A DNA stretch of 64,000 nucleotides from Thermodesulfobacteriota bacterium (GTDB lineage: Bacteria; Desulfobacterota_D; UBA1144; Nemesobacterales; UBA2774): NCBI GenBank assembly GCA_965223335.1, contig OZ244991.1:324137-388136 (forward strand). The letters are read 5' to 3'. Positions within the stretch are counted from its first letter, which is position 1; the number at the start of each line of letters is the position of its first letter. Below are positions 55,997-64,000 of this stretch, in pieces. The notes beneath the pieces are model-generated. The model was not told where the DNA came from. It ran no database searches and saw only the letters and a list, made by a program, of their open reading frames with translations. The translations under genes were made by a program, and so were the position numbers.

Positions 55997-57663
55997 GCAG
56001 CAGGTTGCCCTATGTGCCTGAAAACACTGAATCGTTACCACGGTTGAGCACAAACGAGGGGATGCTTAGCTGGGTCGGTTCAATAGACCACAAACAGATA
56101 GGTATTATGTACCTGATCTGCACGCTATTTTACTTTGTAGTCGGGGGTCTCGAGGCCCTAGTCATAAGGCTACAGCTCGCAAGCCCGGGTAACGAGCTCA
56201 TCTCACCCGAGCTCTATAACCAGCTTTTCACCATGCATGGCACCACCATGGTGTTCCTTGTAGTGATGCCGTTTCTGATAGGGGTGGGAGTCTATCTGGT
56301 ACCGCTTATGATCGGTGCGCGCGATATGGCGTTTCCAAGGCTAAATGCACTCAGCTTTTGGCTGTTCGCATTCGGGGGCATACTTTTGTATTACAGCTTT
56401 TTCACTCAGAGCGGGCCATCGGAGGTAGGGTGGTTCGCATATGCTCCTCTAAGTGAAAAACCGTTCTCGCTTAATAAGGGGCCCACTTACTGGGTGCTCG
56501 GCATATTGGCCACAGGCATAGGCTCTGTAGCCTCGGGACTAAACAACATTGTAACCATACTCACCATGCGCACACCCGGGATGACCATGCGCAGACTCCC
56601 TCTATTTGTGTGGATGATACTGGTTACATCTTTTTTGCTTATTTTTGTACTACCGATTATAACATCCGCATTTGCAATGATGCTGCTCGACAGGCTCTTG
56701 GGTGCAACGTTCTTTACCCCTGCCCATGGGGGCTCAGCTATACTCTGGCAGCATTTTTTCTGGGGATTCGGGCACCCTGAAGTCTACATACTTATTTTGC
56801 CGGCATTCGGAATAATTTCAGAAGTTGTACCAGTGTTTTCGCGTAAACCCATTTACGGTTACGAGTTCGTTGCCGGCTCCACTGTGGCCATCGGGCTACT
56901 GAGCCTGGGTGTATGGGCGCATCACATGTTTGCAGTGGGTCTCGGGAACATTGCCAATGCATATTTTTCTATAGCCAGCATGCTCATCGCAGTCCCCACC
57001 GGGATCAAGGTGTTAAACTGGGTGGCCACGATGTGGGGGGGTAAGATCCGTTTCGCAACACCTATGCTCTTTGCCACAGCATTCATAATCGAGTTTGTTG
57101 TAGGGGGATTGACCGGAGTAGCCATTGCCTCGGTACCCATCGACTGGGTAGTTACCGACAGCTATTTTATTGTGGCACACTTCCACTATGCGCTATTCGG
57201 CGGCTCTATGTTTGCTATATTTGCGGGTGTGTACTACTGGTTCCCTAAATTTTCCGGGCGTATGTTGTCGGAATCACTGGGGAAATGGCATTTTTGGCTC
57301 ACAGTAATAGGCTTTAACCTCACTTTTTTCATACAGCATTTCCTGGGTCTTATGGGTATGCCGAGGCGCACATACACATACCCTGACCTGCCGTACTGGG
57401 GCTCTATGAATTTGGTTTCGACCATAGGTGCCGTGTTACTGGGTGTATCGGTCTTGGTCTTCATTTGGAATATCATAGTCAGCCTTCGTAACGGCAAGAG
57501 AGCTCCTGATAACCCTTGGGACGCATGGACGCTCGAGTGGGCAGCATCGTGCCCGCCAAAAGTAGAGAACTTCGATCTGGTACCGCCTGTGCGCGGGCGC
57601 CGCCCGTTATGGGACCTTGCACACCCGGATATGCCTGACGAGCCGGGAGCAGAGACAGTATAG
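55993..57663 (+). CDS. ctaD: Cytochrome c oxidase subunit I
   Basis: 556 aa. Motifs WFFGHPEVYILILPAFG-type (FFWGFGHPEVYILILPAFGIIS) and HHMF. Overlaps ctaC by 4 nt. Confidence 0.95.
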   Translation: MSSRLPYVPENTESLPRLSTNEGMLSWVGSIDHKQIGIMYLICTLFYFVVGGLEALVIRLQLASPGNELISPELYNQLFTMHGTTMVFLVVMPFLIGVGVYLVPLMIGARDMAFPRLNALSFWLFAFGGILLYYSFFTQSGPSEVGWFAYAPLSEKPFSLNKGPTYWVLGILATGIGSVASGLNNIVTILTMRTPGMTMRRLPLFVWMILVTSFLLIFVLPIITSAFAMMLLDRLLGATFFTPAHGGSAILWQHFFWGFGHPEVYILILPAFGIISEVVPVFSRKPIYGYEFVAGSTVAIGLLSLGVWAHHMFAVGLGNIANAYFSIASMLIAVPTGIKVLNWVATMWGGKIRFATPMLFATAFIIEFVVGGLTGVAIASVPIDWVVTDSYFIVAHFHYALFGGSMFAIFAGVYYWFPKFSGRMLSESLGKWHFWLTVIGFNLTFFIQHFLGLMGMPRRTYTYPDLPYWGSMNLVSTIGAVLLGVSVLVFIWNIIVSLRNGKRAPDNPWDAWTLEWAASCPPKVENFDLVPPVRGRRPLWDLAHPDMPDEPGAETV

Positions 57664-57674
57664 GTGATATAAAT

Positions 57675-58226
57675 ATGGCTAATAACAAAATGGCAATCAG
57701 TTTCTTTATAGCTTCCGAGTCAATATTCTTTCTGATGCTAATCCTAGCATATGTAAATTTCCATGGCACAGTCACCGACGGCCCCACCGCAGCTACGAGC
57801 CTTGACCCTATAAAAACAGGGATATTCAGCCTATTTTTACTCGCAAGCAGTTTTACAATATGGCTAGCCGGCAAGAGCCTTGCGGCCAAAAACCATTTTA
57901 TGCTAAAGGTCTGGATACTGCTTACCATAATACTGGGTGCCACATTCATATACGGACAGGGTAGTGAGTGGGCTGGGCTCATAGAAAAAAACATTACGAT
58001 AAGCACAAACGTATTCGGATCTACGTTTTTTACGCTCACTGGGTTTCACGGACTCCATGTGTGTATCGGGCTTATAATGCTCTCAATACTCCTTGGGCTT
58101 GCGCTATGGGGTGATTTTAAGGGCCCCAGGTCAGATGCCGTAGAGTGTGTGTCGATCTACTGGCACTTTGTAGATGGGGTATGGATAGTGGTATTTTCGG
58201 TTATTTATCTTTGGGCTTTTTTATAG
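57675..58226 (+). CDS. ctaE: Cytochrome c oxidase subunit III (short, 5-TM form)
   Basis: FFTLTGFHGLHVCIGL and YWHFVDGVWIVVF motifs. Confidence 0.9.
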   Translation: MANNKMAISFFIASESIFFLMLILAYVNFHGTVTDGPTAATSLDPIKTGIFSLFLLASSFTIWLAGKSLAAKNHFMLKVWILLTIILGATFIYGQGSEWAGLIEKNITISTNVFGSTFFTLTGFHGLHVCIGLIMLSILLGLALWGDFKGPRSDAVECVSIYWHFVDGVWIVVFSVIYLWAFL

Positions 58227-58243
58227 CAACGAGGGGTTAAGAC

Positions 58244-59089
58244 ATGAACTACTTTGAGATATTCACAAGCACTTGGAACCTGGAACCATGGGTGTTAGTA
58301 AGCAGTCTAGTACTTGTACTATTCTATGCTTACGTATCGGGGTTTAGATCTACACGAAGAACAGTGCTATATCTCGTTGGTGTCGCACTCTTCGTATTGG
58401 CTCTATGCTCCCCACTGGATTACTTTGGCAGGTACTATCTGTTCAGCGCTCATATGGTAGGGCATATGATACTGCTGCTTATAGTGCCGTTATTTCTGCT
58501 CTGGGGTCTAAGTGATGAAGATGCCGTGCGTCTCTACAGAATAAGAGCAGTAAAGAATATTGTAAAACCGCTTAGCAACCCCATCTTGTGTTGGTTCTTG
58601 GGCATAGGGGCAATGTGGGTATGGCACATGCCCGCTATACACAATGCTGTCTTGGCCAATATTAAACTATATATATTCCAACAGCTTAGTTTTTTGGTGA
58701 TCGGCATTCTATTTTGGCTGCCAGTGTTCTCGCCGTTTACACAGCACCGCATCTCGACACTCGGGTCCACGTTATACCTTGCAAGCGCGTGTTTGGGCTG
58801 TACGGTGCTTGGTATATTGATCACCTTTGCCGGGGCCGGGCTATACACCTTTTATATAAACCCTGTGGACACACTCGGGATTCTGCCGTTTTTACGCAAC
58901 GACCTATGCCTAACAGTGGGAGCTGACCAACAGATCGGGGGGCTTATGATGTGGGTACCGGGATGCCTTATCTACCTGGCTGCAAGCATGGTAATACTGG
59001 CCCGGTGGTACAGCACACCCGAAAGTTACGAGTCCAAAAACCCATACTTAATAAAGGATAAGGAGATATATAACGTTGAGTACAGGTAG
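58244..59089 (+). CDS. ctaG: Cytochrome c oxidase assembly factor CtaG (caa3_CtaG family membrane protein)
   Basis: 281 aa polytopic. Motifs AHMVGHMILLLIVP, WVWHMP and GGLMMWVPG, as in Bacillus-type CtaG. Confidence 0.75.
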   Translation: MNYFEIFTSTWNLEPWVLVSSLVLVLFYAYVSGFRSTRRTVLYLVGVALFVLALCSPLDYFGRYYLFSAHMVGHMILLLIVPLFLLWGLSDEDAVRLYRIRAVKNIVKPLSNPILCWFLGIGAMWVWHMPAIHNAVLANIKLYIFQQLSFLVIGILFWLPVFSPFTQHRISTLGSTLYLASACLGCTVLGILITFAGAGLYTFYINPVDTLGILPFLRNDLCLTVGADQQIGGLMMWVPGCLIYLAASMVILARWYSTPESYESKNPYLIKDKEIYNVEYR

Positions 59090-59372
59090 CGAGTTCCAGA
59101 CACCAGGAGCACAAGGTGTACCGCACCATAGCGGAACCGATATACCCCCCGGATGGCACACACCAAAACCCGAGAGGCTTCCGCGCCCGGCCTATTGGCC
59201 AGCAATTATGGCGCTTGGGATTACGTTTATGCTCTGGAGCCTGGCCGTGGGGTTCAACGAGGTTGTAAGCACTATTATTATTCTTTTTTTAGTCGGTCTT
59301 AGTTTATTTGCAGTGGCCCTTGTGGGTTGGATAGGAGACCTAAGAGATGAGCGAAGAGACCAAAACGAATGA
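59076..59372 (+). CDS. Small 2-TM membrane protein (hypothetical), overlapping both neighbours
   Basis: 98-aa ORF with TTG start 10 nt after AAGGAG. Two hydrophobic helices (WPAIMALGITFMLWSLAV and IIILFLVGLSLFAVALVGWI). The start codon is uncertain. Confidence 0.4.
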   Translation: MSTGSEFQTPGAQGVPHHSGTDIPPGWHTPKPERLPRPAYWPAIMALGITFMLWSLAVGFNEVVSTIIILFLVGLSLFAVALVGWIGDLRDERRDQNE

Positions 59373-59853
59373 GTGCAGCCGTAGAGAGTTTTTTACACAC
59401 CTAAGCATTGCTCTAGGCAGCATTGCCGGGGTGCTTGTGGCCATACCGGTTGTGGGCTCGATATTAGCACCTGTGGTAAAAAAACCCAAGCCGATATGGA
59501 GACCTGTGGGTGGGATCGACAGCTTTAAAGTAGGAGAAACGGTAAAGGTAACGTTTGTGGATGCATCCCCGCTGCCCTGGGCAGGGGTCACAGCTGAATC
59601 AGCGGCATGGCTAAGACGTGTGGACGAAGATAATTTCACCGCGTTCTCTGTAAACTGCGCACACTTGGGCTGCCCTGTGAGGTGGGTTGCGGGAGCGCAG
59701 CTTTTTATGTGCCCCTGCCACGGCGGTGTTTACTATTCAGACGGTTCTGTGGCTGCCGGACCACCGCCCCGAGGGCTTTATAAATACCCTGTAAGGGTAT
59801 TGCAGGGAGAGGTCGAGATCTTAACAAGCCCGGTCCCTATCACTACTGTATAA
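59347..59853 (+). CDS. Rieske [2Fe-2S] subunit of a cytochrome bc/b6f-type complex, Tat signal
   Basis: Twin-arginine motif SRREFF and the cluster boxes CAHLGCPV and CPCHGGVY. Confidence 0.9.
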   Translation: MSEETKTNECSRREFFTHLSIALGSIAGVLVAIPVVGSILAPVVKKPKPIWRPVGGIDSFKVGETVKVTFVDASPLPWAGVTAESAAWLRRVDEDNFTAFSVNCAHLGCPVRWVAGAQLFMCPCHGGVYYSDGSVAAGPPPRGLYKYPVRVLQGEVEILTSPVPITTV

Positions 59854-59900
59854 AAGGTTGCATCTATGCAATTTATACGAAGATACAAGGAGCTAAAGCA

Positions 59901-61301
59901 ATGGGAGCGTTAAAGCGTGCGTGGTCGTGGTTCGATGACCGCACAGGCATTGCCGATGCCATAGGCCCCATTGCGAAACACGCGGTACCCCCCAACTCCG
60001 CATCGTGGTTCTACGTATTCGGCAGCGCCACACTATTTGCCTTTTTGCTCCAGGTCGCAACCGGGGTAACACTCGCATTCATGTACGTGCCGTCCGCAGG
60101 GGAAGCATACCAGAGCCTCCAGTATATAACGGACCAAAATGCCTTCGGTAGAATAGTAAGGGGCATGCACAACTGGGGAGCCTCGGCCATGATACTGCTC
60201 GTGGGCTTACACATGATACGCGTCTACCTCACTGCTTCATACAAATTCCCAAGAGAGATGCACTGGATTACAGGCGTTGTGCTGCTGTCTCTTACAGTCG
60301 TAATGGGTTTTACCGGTCAGGTAGTGCGCTGGGACCAGACAGCCGTGTGGTCCACGATAGTAGCCTCTGAGCAGGCCGGCAGGGTGCCGTTTATAGGTGC
60401 GTGGATAGCACAGTTTATCATAGGTGGGGAGACTATCGGAGGGGCTACGCTAAGCCGCATGTTTGCATATCATGTGTTTGTTATACCCGCACTTTTATTT
60501 ATATTCATCGGGTTCCATCTCTACCTGGTCATTAAAAACGGCATCTCCGAATTCCCGAAACCGGGTAAAGCAGTGGACCCTGCCACATACCGAGTAGAGT
60601 ACGAGGAAATGGTAGAGAAAAAGGGTGTGCCGTTTTGGCCTGACGCCGCATGGCGTGATATGGTATTCGGGTTTATCGTTATCACGGTGATACTGCTCAT
60701 TGCAGTTATAGTAGGCCCCCCGGCGCTCGATGCCCCGCCCAACCCGTCTAATATAGACGCTCTACCCGTTCCAGACTGGTATTTTGTGTTTTATTTTGCG
60801 TTTCTTGCACTCATGCCTCCACAGATGGAGACATACCTCATGGTATTCGGCCCTCTATTAATAGGGCTCATTCTATTTTTACTGCCGTTTATCTCCAACC
60901 GGGGCGAGCGAAGCCCACTTAGGCGCCCCTGGGCCGTTGCCATAGTGGCACTGGCAGTGATGAGTATCTCGGGCCTCTGGGCAATCGGGATCACCTCACC
61001 ATGGTCCCCCCATTTCCACGCCACCCCGCTAGATGCCAAAATTATAGGCGAGACAAGCGGGCCTGTTTACGATGGGGGCATGCTCTTTAACGAAAAAGGG
61101 TGTCTATACTGCCATAGGATCTCGGGTCATGGGGGGGAGCGAGGACCCGACCTTACTTACATAGGGGACAGACTTTCCAGCGATGAGCTCACATGGCGCA
61201 TAATGAACGGCGGGCTTAATATGCCCGGGTTCGGCGGCACACTCACCAATGAAGAACTAAGCAATCTTGTGACTTTTCTTAAAACCAGGAAAAAAGAGTA
61301 G
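59901..61301 (+). CDS. Fused cytochrome b6-like / subunit IV-like / mono-heme cytochrome c subunit
   Basis: N-terminal cyt b core (WFYVFGSATLFAFLLQVATG, RGMHNWGASAMIL, HMIRVY), middle PetD/SUIV-like PDWYFVFYF, and C-terminal CLYCH (61101-61115) with a distal Met in LNMPGFG. Confidence 0.85.
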   Translation: MGALKRAWSWFDDRTGIADAIGPIAKHAVPPNSASWFYVFGSATLFAFLLQVATGVTLAFMYVPSAGEAYQSLQYITDQNAFGRIVRGMHNWGASAMILLVGLHMIRVYLTASYKFPREMHWITGVVLLSLTVVMGFTGQVVRWDQTAVWSTIVASEQAGRVPFIGAWIAQFIIGGETIGGATLSRMFAYHVFVIPALLFIFIGFHLYLVIKNGISEFPKPGKAVDPATYRVEYEEMVEKKGVPFWPDAAWRDMVFGFIVITVILLIAVIVGPPALDAPPNPSNIDALPVPDWYFVFYFAFLALMPPQMETYLMVFGPLLIGLILFLLPFISNRGERSPLRRPWAVAIVALAVMSISGLWAIGITSPWSPHFHATPLDAKIIGETSGPVYDGGMLFNEKGCLYCHRISGHGGERGPDLTYIGDRLSSDELTWRIMNGGLNMPGFGGTLTNEELSNLVTFLKTRKKE

Positions 61302-61318
61302 GATTAAAACCTAGACAA

Positions 61319-62623
61319 TCATTCCTTATCCCCGGGGGTCTTGCGATCCCTCATTAGGAACTTGAGCTGAACAATGTCCTTTGACAAAAATATATCCAGG
61401 AACCAATCGAGTGCAATCCTTATTTTGCGGTCTATGCCCGGGAGTTTCCCCAAGTATATGGCACGCCACAATAACCACGCAAAGAACCCAGAGAATTTAT
61501 ATCCCCTAATCTCCGCCACAGCCGATCTGTGCCCAAGCGGGGCTAGCATACCCTGAGTCTGGTAGATAAAAGGCCGTTTATCCTTATCGCGCCCTTTAAT
61601 TGCCGCTGCTACGTTTATTGCAACCCGTTTGCCCTCGCGCGTAGCATGCTGGGCTGTGGGCGGGTAAGGCTTTCCGGAGTGTGGGTCGGGTATCACAGCA
61701 CAGTCCCCAAGCGCCCAAACACCCGGGAAACCCTCAACCTCCATATATTCGTTTACCTCGATCCTCCCCCGTTTGTCCGCGCACGGGAGCTCTGCAATAA
61801 CCGGTTGGGGGGCTGTACCCGCAGCCCATATTGCAGTATGGGTGTTAATCACGCCGCCTTCGTACTCAACCCTATCAGGCTCTACACCGCTTACCCTGGT
61901 GTTGAGTTGGAATTTCATCCCCCTCTCACCAAGTATCTTAAGCCCGTACTCAGCCAAGTTCTCACTCATCTCGTGCATGATCCTGTCCCCAGGGTCAATC
62001 ACCACAACGCTTACTTCGTCGGGCTTTACATTTTTGTAAAACCTCCGGCTCGATCTCACAAAATCGTTTAACTCCGCTGCCACCTCTATCCCCGTATACC
62101 CTCCGCCCACAACAGCAAATGTAAGGAGGCTTCGTCTTAGGTCCGGGTTCTGCTCTATATCCGCTCGCTCAAACATATCAATCACATGGCTCCTTAGCAC
62201 CATTGCGTCTGCGAGGTTCTTAAGCGGGTAAGAATTCTCCTCGGCCCCAGCCACACCGTGATAACCGGTAATAGAGCCGAGTGCGAGTATTAGATAGTCA
62301 TATTCCAGTTTGAACGACTCGCACATGTGGTAGTGAAAACACGTAGCGACCTTGTTTTTGAGGTCAATCTTCTGTACCTCGAGTTCTTTAAATGATGCCT
62401 TTTTAAGACACTCTCTAAGCGGGATCACTATATGTTGGGGCTCTAGGCTGCTGGCTACGACCTCAGCTAGCATCGATGTAAAAATAAGGTAGTTGTTCTT
62501 ATTTACAAGTGTAATCTCAACACTTTGGTCATCGGCAAATATCCTCTCCAGTGTCTGGGCGGCTTCAAGACCCGCAAAACCGCCCCCTAGGATTAGAACC
62601 CTCTTCTTTCCGTCTTCGGACAT
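61319..62623 (-). CDS. Type II NADH dehydrogenase (NDH-2), second copy
   Basis: VLILGGGFAGLEAA, FAVVGGGYTGIEVAAEL and GDCA motifs. Same architecture as 12171-13487. Confidence 0.85.
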   Translation of the reverse strand: MSEDGKKRVLILGGGFAGLEAAQTLERIFADDQSVEITLVNKNNYLIFTSMLAEVVASSLEPQHIVIPLRECLKKASFKELEVQKIDLKNKVATCFHYHMCESFKLEYDYLILALGSITGYHGVAGAEENSYPLKNLADAMVLRSHVIDMFERADIEQNPDLRRSLLTFAVVGGGYTGIEVAAELNDFVRSSRRFYKNVKPDEVSVVVIDPGDRIMHEMSENLAEYGLKILGERGMKFQLNTRVSGVEPDRVEYEGGVINTHTAIWAAGTAPQPVIAELPCADKRGRIEVNEYMEVEGFPGVWALGDCAVIPDPHSGKPYPPTAQHATREGKRVAINVAAAIKGRDKDKRPFIYQTQGMLAPLGHRSAVAEIRGYKFSGFFAWLLWRAIYLGKLPGIDRKIRIALDWFLDIFLSKDIVQLKFLMRDRKTPGDKE

Positions 62624-62829
62624 TGCCGCATTACCCTCCGTATTAATATTATGGAGACTAATCTACTGGTATTGCATCCGATTTACAATGAAACCGTAAC
62701 CCAATTCTCAAATGAATCCCAAGAGCTTGTCAACAAAATAGGGGGTTTCACTGGATTAATTCGTATAGATCTGCGAAAAACTTAAGTGCTAAATATAGAT
62801 CGATATCGCGGTATAACCGATATAGAGGA

Positions 62830-64000
62830 TCAGTTTTTGAGTTCTCCGTTTTTCTTTTCTTTCCTAATGGCGGCATAAATTGTGTTCTCGCCTCTCTTCA
62901 CCAAAAATAGAGCCGTGTTGCCGCCTTTGATACTCTCTAGGGCCTGGGTATAGTCCCCGAGTGTCTTTATAGGCTTTTTATTGATCTCGAGCACTATATC
63001 GCCCGGTCTTAAGCCCGACTCCTCAGCCACAGTCCCCCGCTCCACGTTAACAATAATCACTCCATCGGTCCGGTCCAGATTAAAACGCCTTGAGATCTGC
63101 GGTGTTATCTCCTGTACCGCTATCCCCAGGTCTTCCTCTACTTTCTCCTCTTCGGCCTCGGCACTGCCCGAGTCCGGGTACTCGCCGAGTTTGACCTTGA
63201 TATCTTTTTCCTCACCACCCGCCACCATATTCATACTAACCTCTGTTCCAGGCGGCGATACTGCAACGAGTCTTGTCAGATCGTTTATATCCGAGATCTT
63301 CTCCCCATTAAATTTAACGATTACATCCCCTCTTTTTATCCCCGCTTTTGCGGCCGGGCTATCCTCAGTCACATCACTCACCAATGCCCCCTGCTCAACA
63401 TCTAGATTTAGGCTCTGAGCTATATCCTCTGTTAGAGGCTGAACCAGCACACCCAACCATCCCCTCACAACCTTGCCCCCGTCTTTAATCTGATCAATCA
63501 CATATTCGGCAAGGTCAATGGGTATGGCAAATCCAATGCCCTGCCCCCTAGCTATTATTGCAGTATTTACCCCCACTACCTCTCCCTGCAGGTTAAAGAG
63601 CGGCCCCCCGCTATTACCAGGGTTAAGCGACGCATCGGTCTGTATAAAGTCATCATATGCCCCTAAGCCAAGTGTACGGCCTTTGGCACTCACAATACCC
63701 GAGGTCACAGTGTATCCGAACCCAAACGGGTTTCCGATCGCTATGACCCAATCCCCGATCCTAAGGTTGTCGGAGTTGCCGAACTTAACTGTCTGGAGTT
63801 TGTGGTCAGGCTCGATTTTGAGCACTGCCAAATCCGTTTTAGCGTCTTTACCCACTACCTTGGCCTCATATTCGCTCCCGTCCTCAAGCACTACATCTAT
63901 ATCATCGGCCCTGTGTATCACATGGTTGTTTGTAACAATGTAGCCGTCCTCGCTAATCACAAACCCCGATCCGAGCCCCCGCCTTTTTACATCGGGCTGG
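62830..64000 (-). CDS. HtrA/DegP-family serine protease with two PDZ domains (N-terminus outside window)
   Basis: The frame stays open to the window edge (..RGLGSGFVISEDGYIVTNNHV). Catalytic His, Asp (TDLAVLK) and Ser (GNSGGPL), then two PDZ-like segments. Confidence 0.9.
   Translation of the reverse strand, partial: QPDVKRRGLGSGFVISEDGYIVTNNHVIHRADDIDVVLEDGSEYEAKVVGKDAKTDLAVLKIEPDHKLQTVKFGNSDNLRIGDWVIAIGNPFGFGYTVTSGIVSAKGRTLGLGAYDDFIQTDASLNPGNSGGPLFNLQGEVVGVNTAIIARGQGIGFAIPIDLAEYVIDQIKDGGKVVRGWLGVLVQPLTEDIAQSLNLDVEQGALVSDVTEDSPAAKAGIKRGDVIVKFNGEKISDINDLTRLVAVSPPGTEVSMNMVAGGEEKDIKVKLGEYPDSGSAEAEEEKVEEDLGIAVQEITPQISRRFNLDRTDGVIIVNVERGTVAEESGLRPGDIVLEINKKPIKTLGDYTQALESIKGGNTALFLVKRGENTIYAAIRKEKKNGELKN

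Noticed and set aside
1-64000. Looked for a mobile element, prophage, integron, tRNA, rRNA or a classical defence island (nucleases, helicases, methylases).
   Set aside because: No transposase, integrase, phage or restriction motifs were found in any long ORF. No tRNA-like T-arm (GGTTCGAATCC-type) sequences were seen in intergenic regions. The SRAP protein at 24159-24839 is a housekeeping DNA-damage factor, not a mobile-element marker.

Overview
64-kb chromosomal segment from a diderm, aerobically respiring bacterium. It carries Omp85/BamA-family and other beta-barrel OMPs, Tat components, a caa3-type oxidase, a Rieske/cytochrome b complex and two NDH-2 enzymes. I call about 57 CDS at high coding density. 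I found no rRNA, tRNA, CRISPR array, transposase, integrase or phage genes by reading. Everything rests on the ORF track, motif recognition from memory and hand alignment; no searches were run.

Three loci stand out:
1. At 35.7-45.3 kb, a 9.3-kb gene encodes a 3092-aa protein. It has a small N-terminal Rossmann/TIR-like domain followed by roughly 50-60 TPR-like repeats of about 47 aa. Its leader contains what reads as a GEMM-I (c-di-GMP-I) riboswitch aptamer, with its own promoter and a downstream hairpin.
2. At 3.5-7.0 kb, a minus-strand operon links an MglA-family small GTPase to two paralogous Roadblock/MglB-like domains, one of them fused to a Cys-based dual-specificity phosphatase. The operon also holds a PstB-like ABC ATPase with a lost signature motif and a DUF454/YbaN membrane protein.
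3. At 55-62.6 kb, a respiratory island (ctaC-ctaD-ctaE-ctaG, a small membrane ORF, a Rieske protein, and a fused cytochrome b6/subunit IV/cytochrome c) lies next to an NDH-2 gene.

Other notable items:
- tandem DUF3943-like/beta-barrel paralogs
- tandem alpha/beta hydrolases
- an ECF sigma/anti-sigma cluster with an internally duplicated CxxC protein
- an orphan nuoF
- a receiver protein with a His-less DHp-like tail
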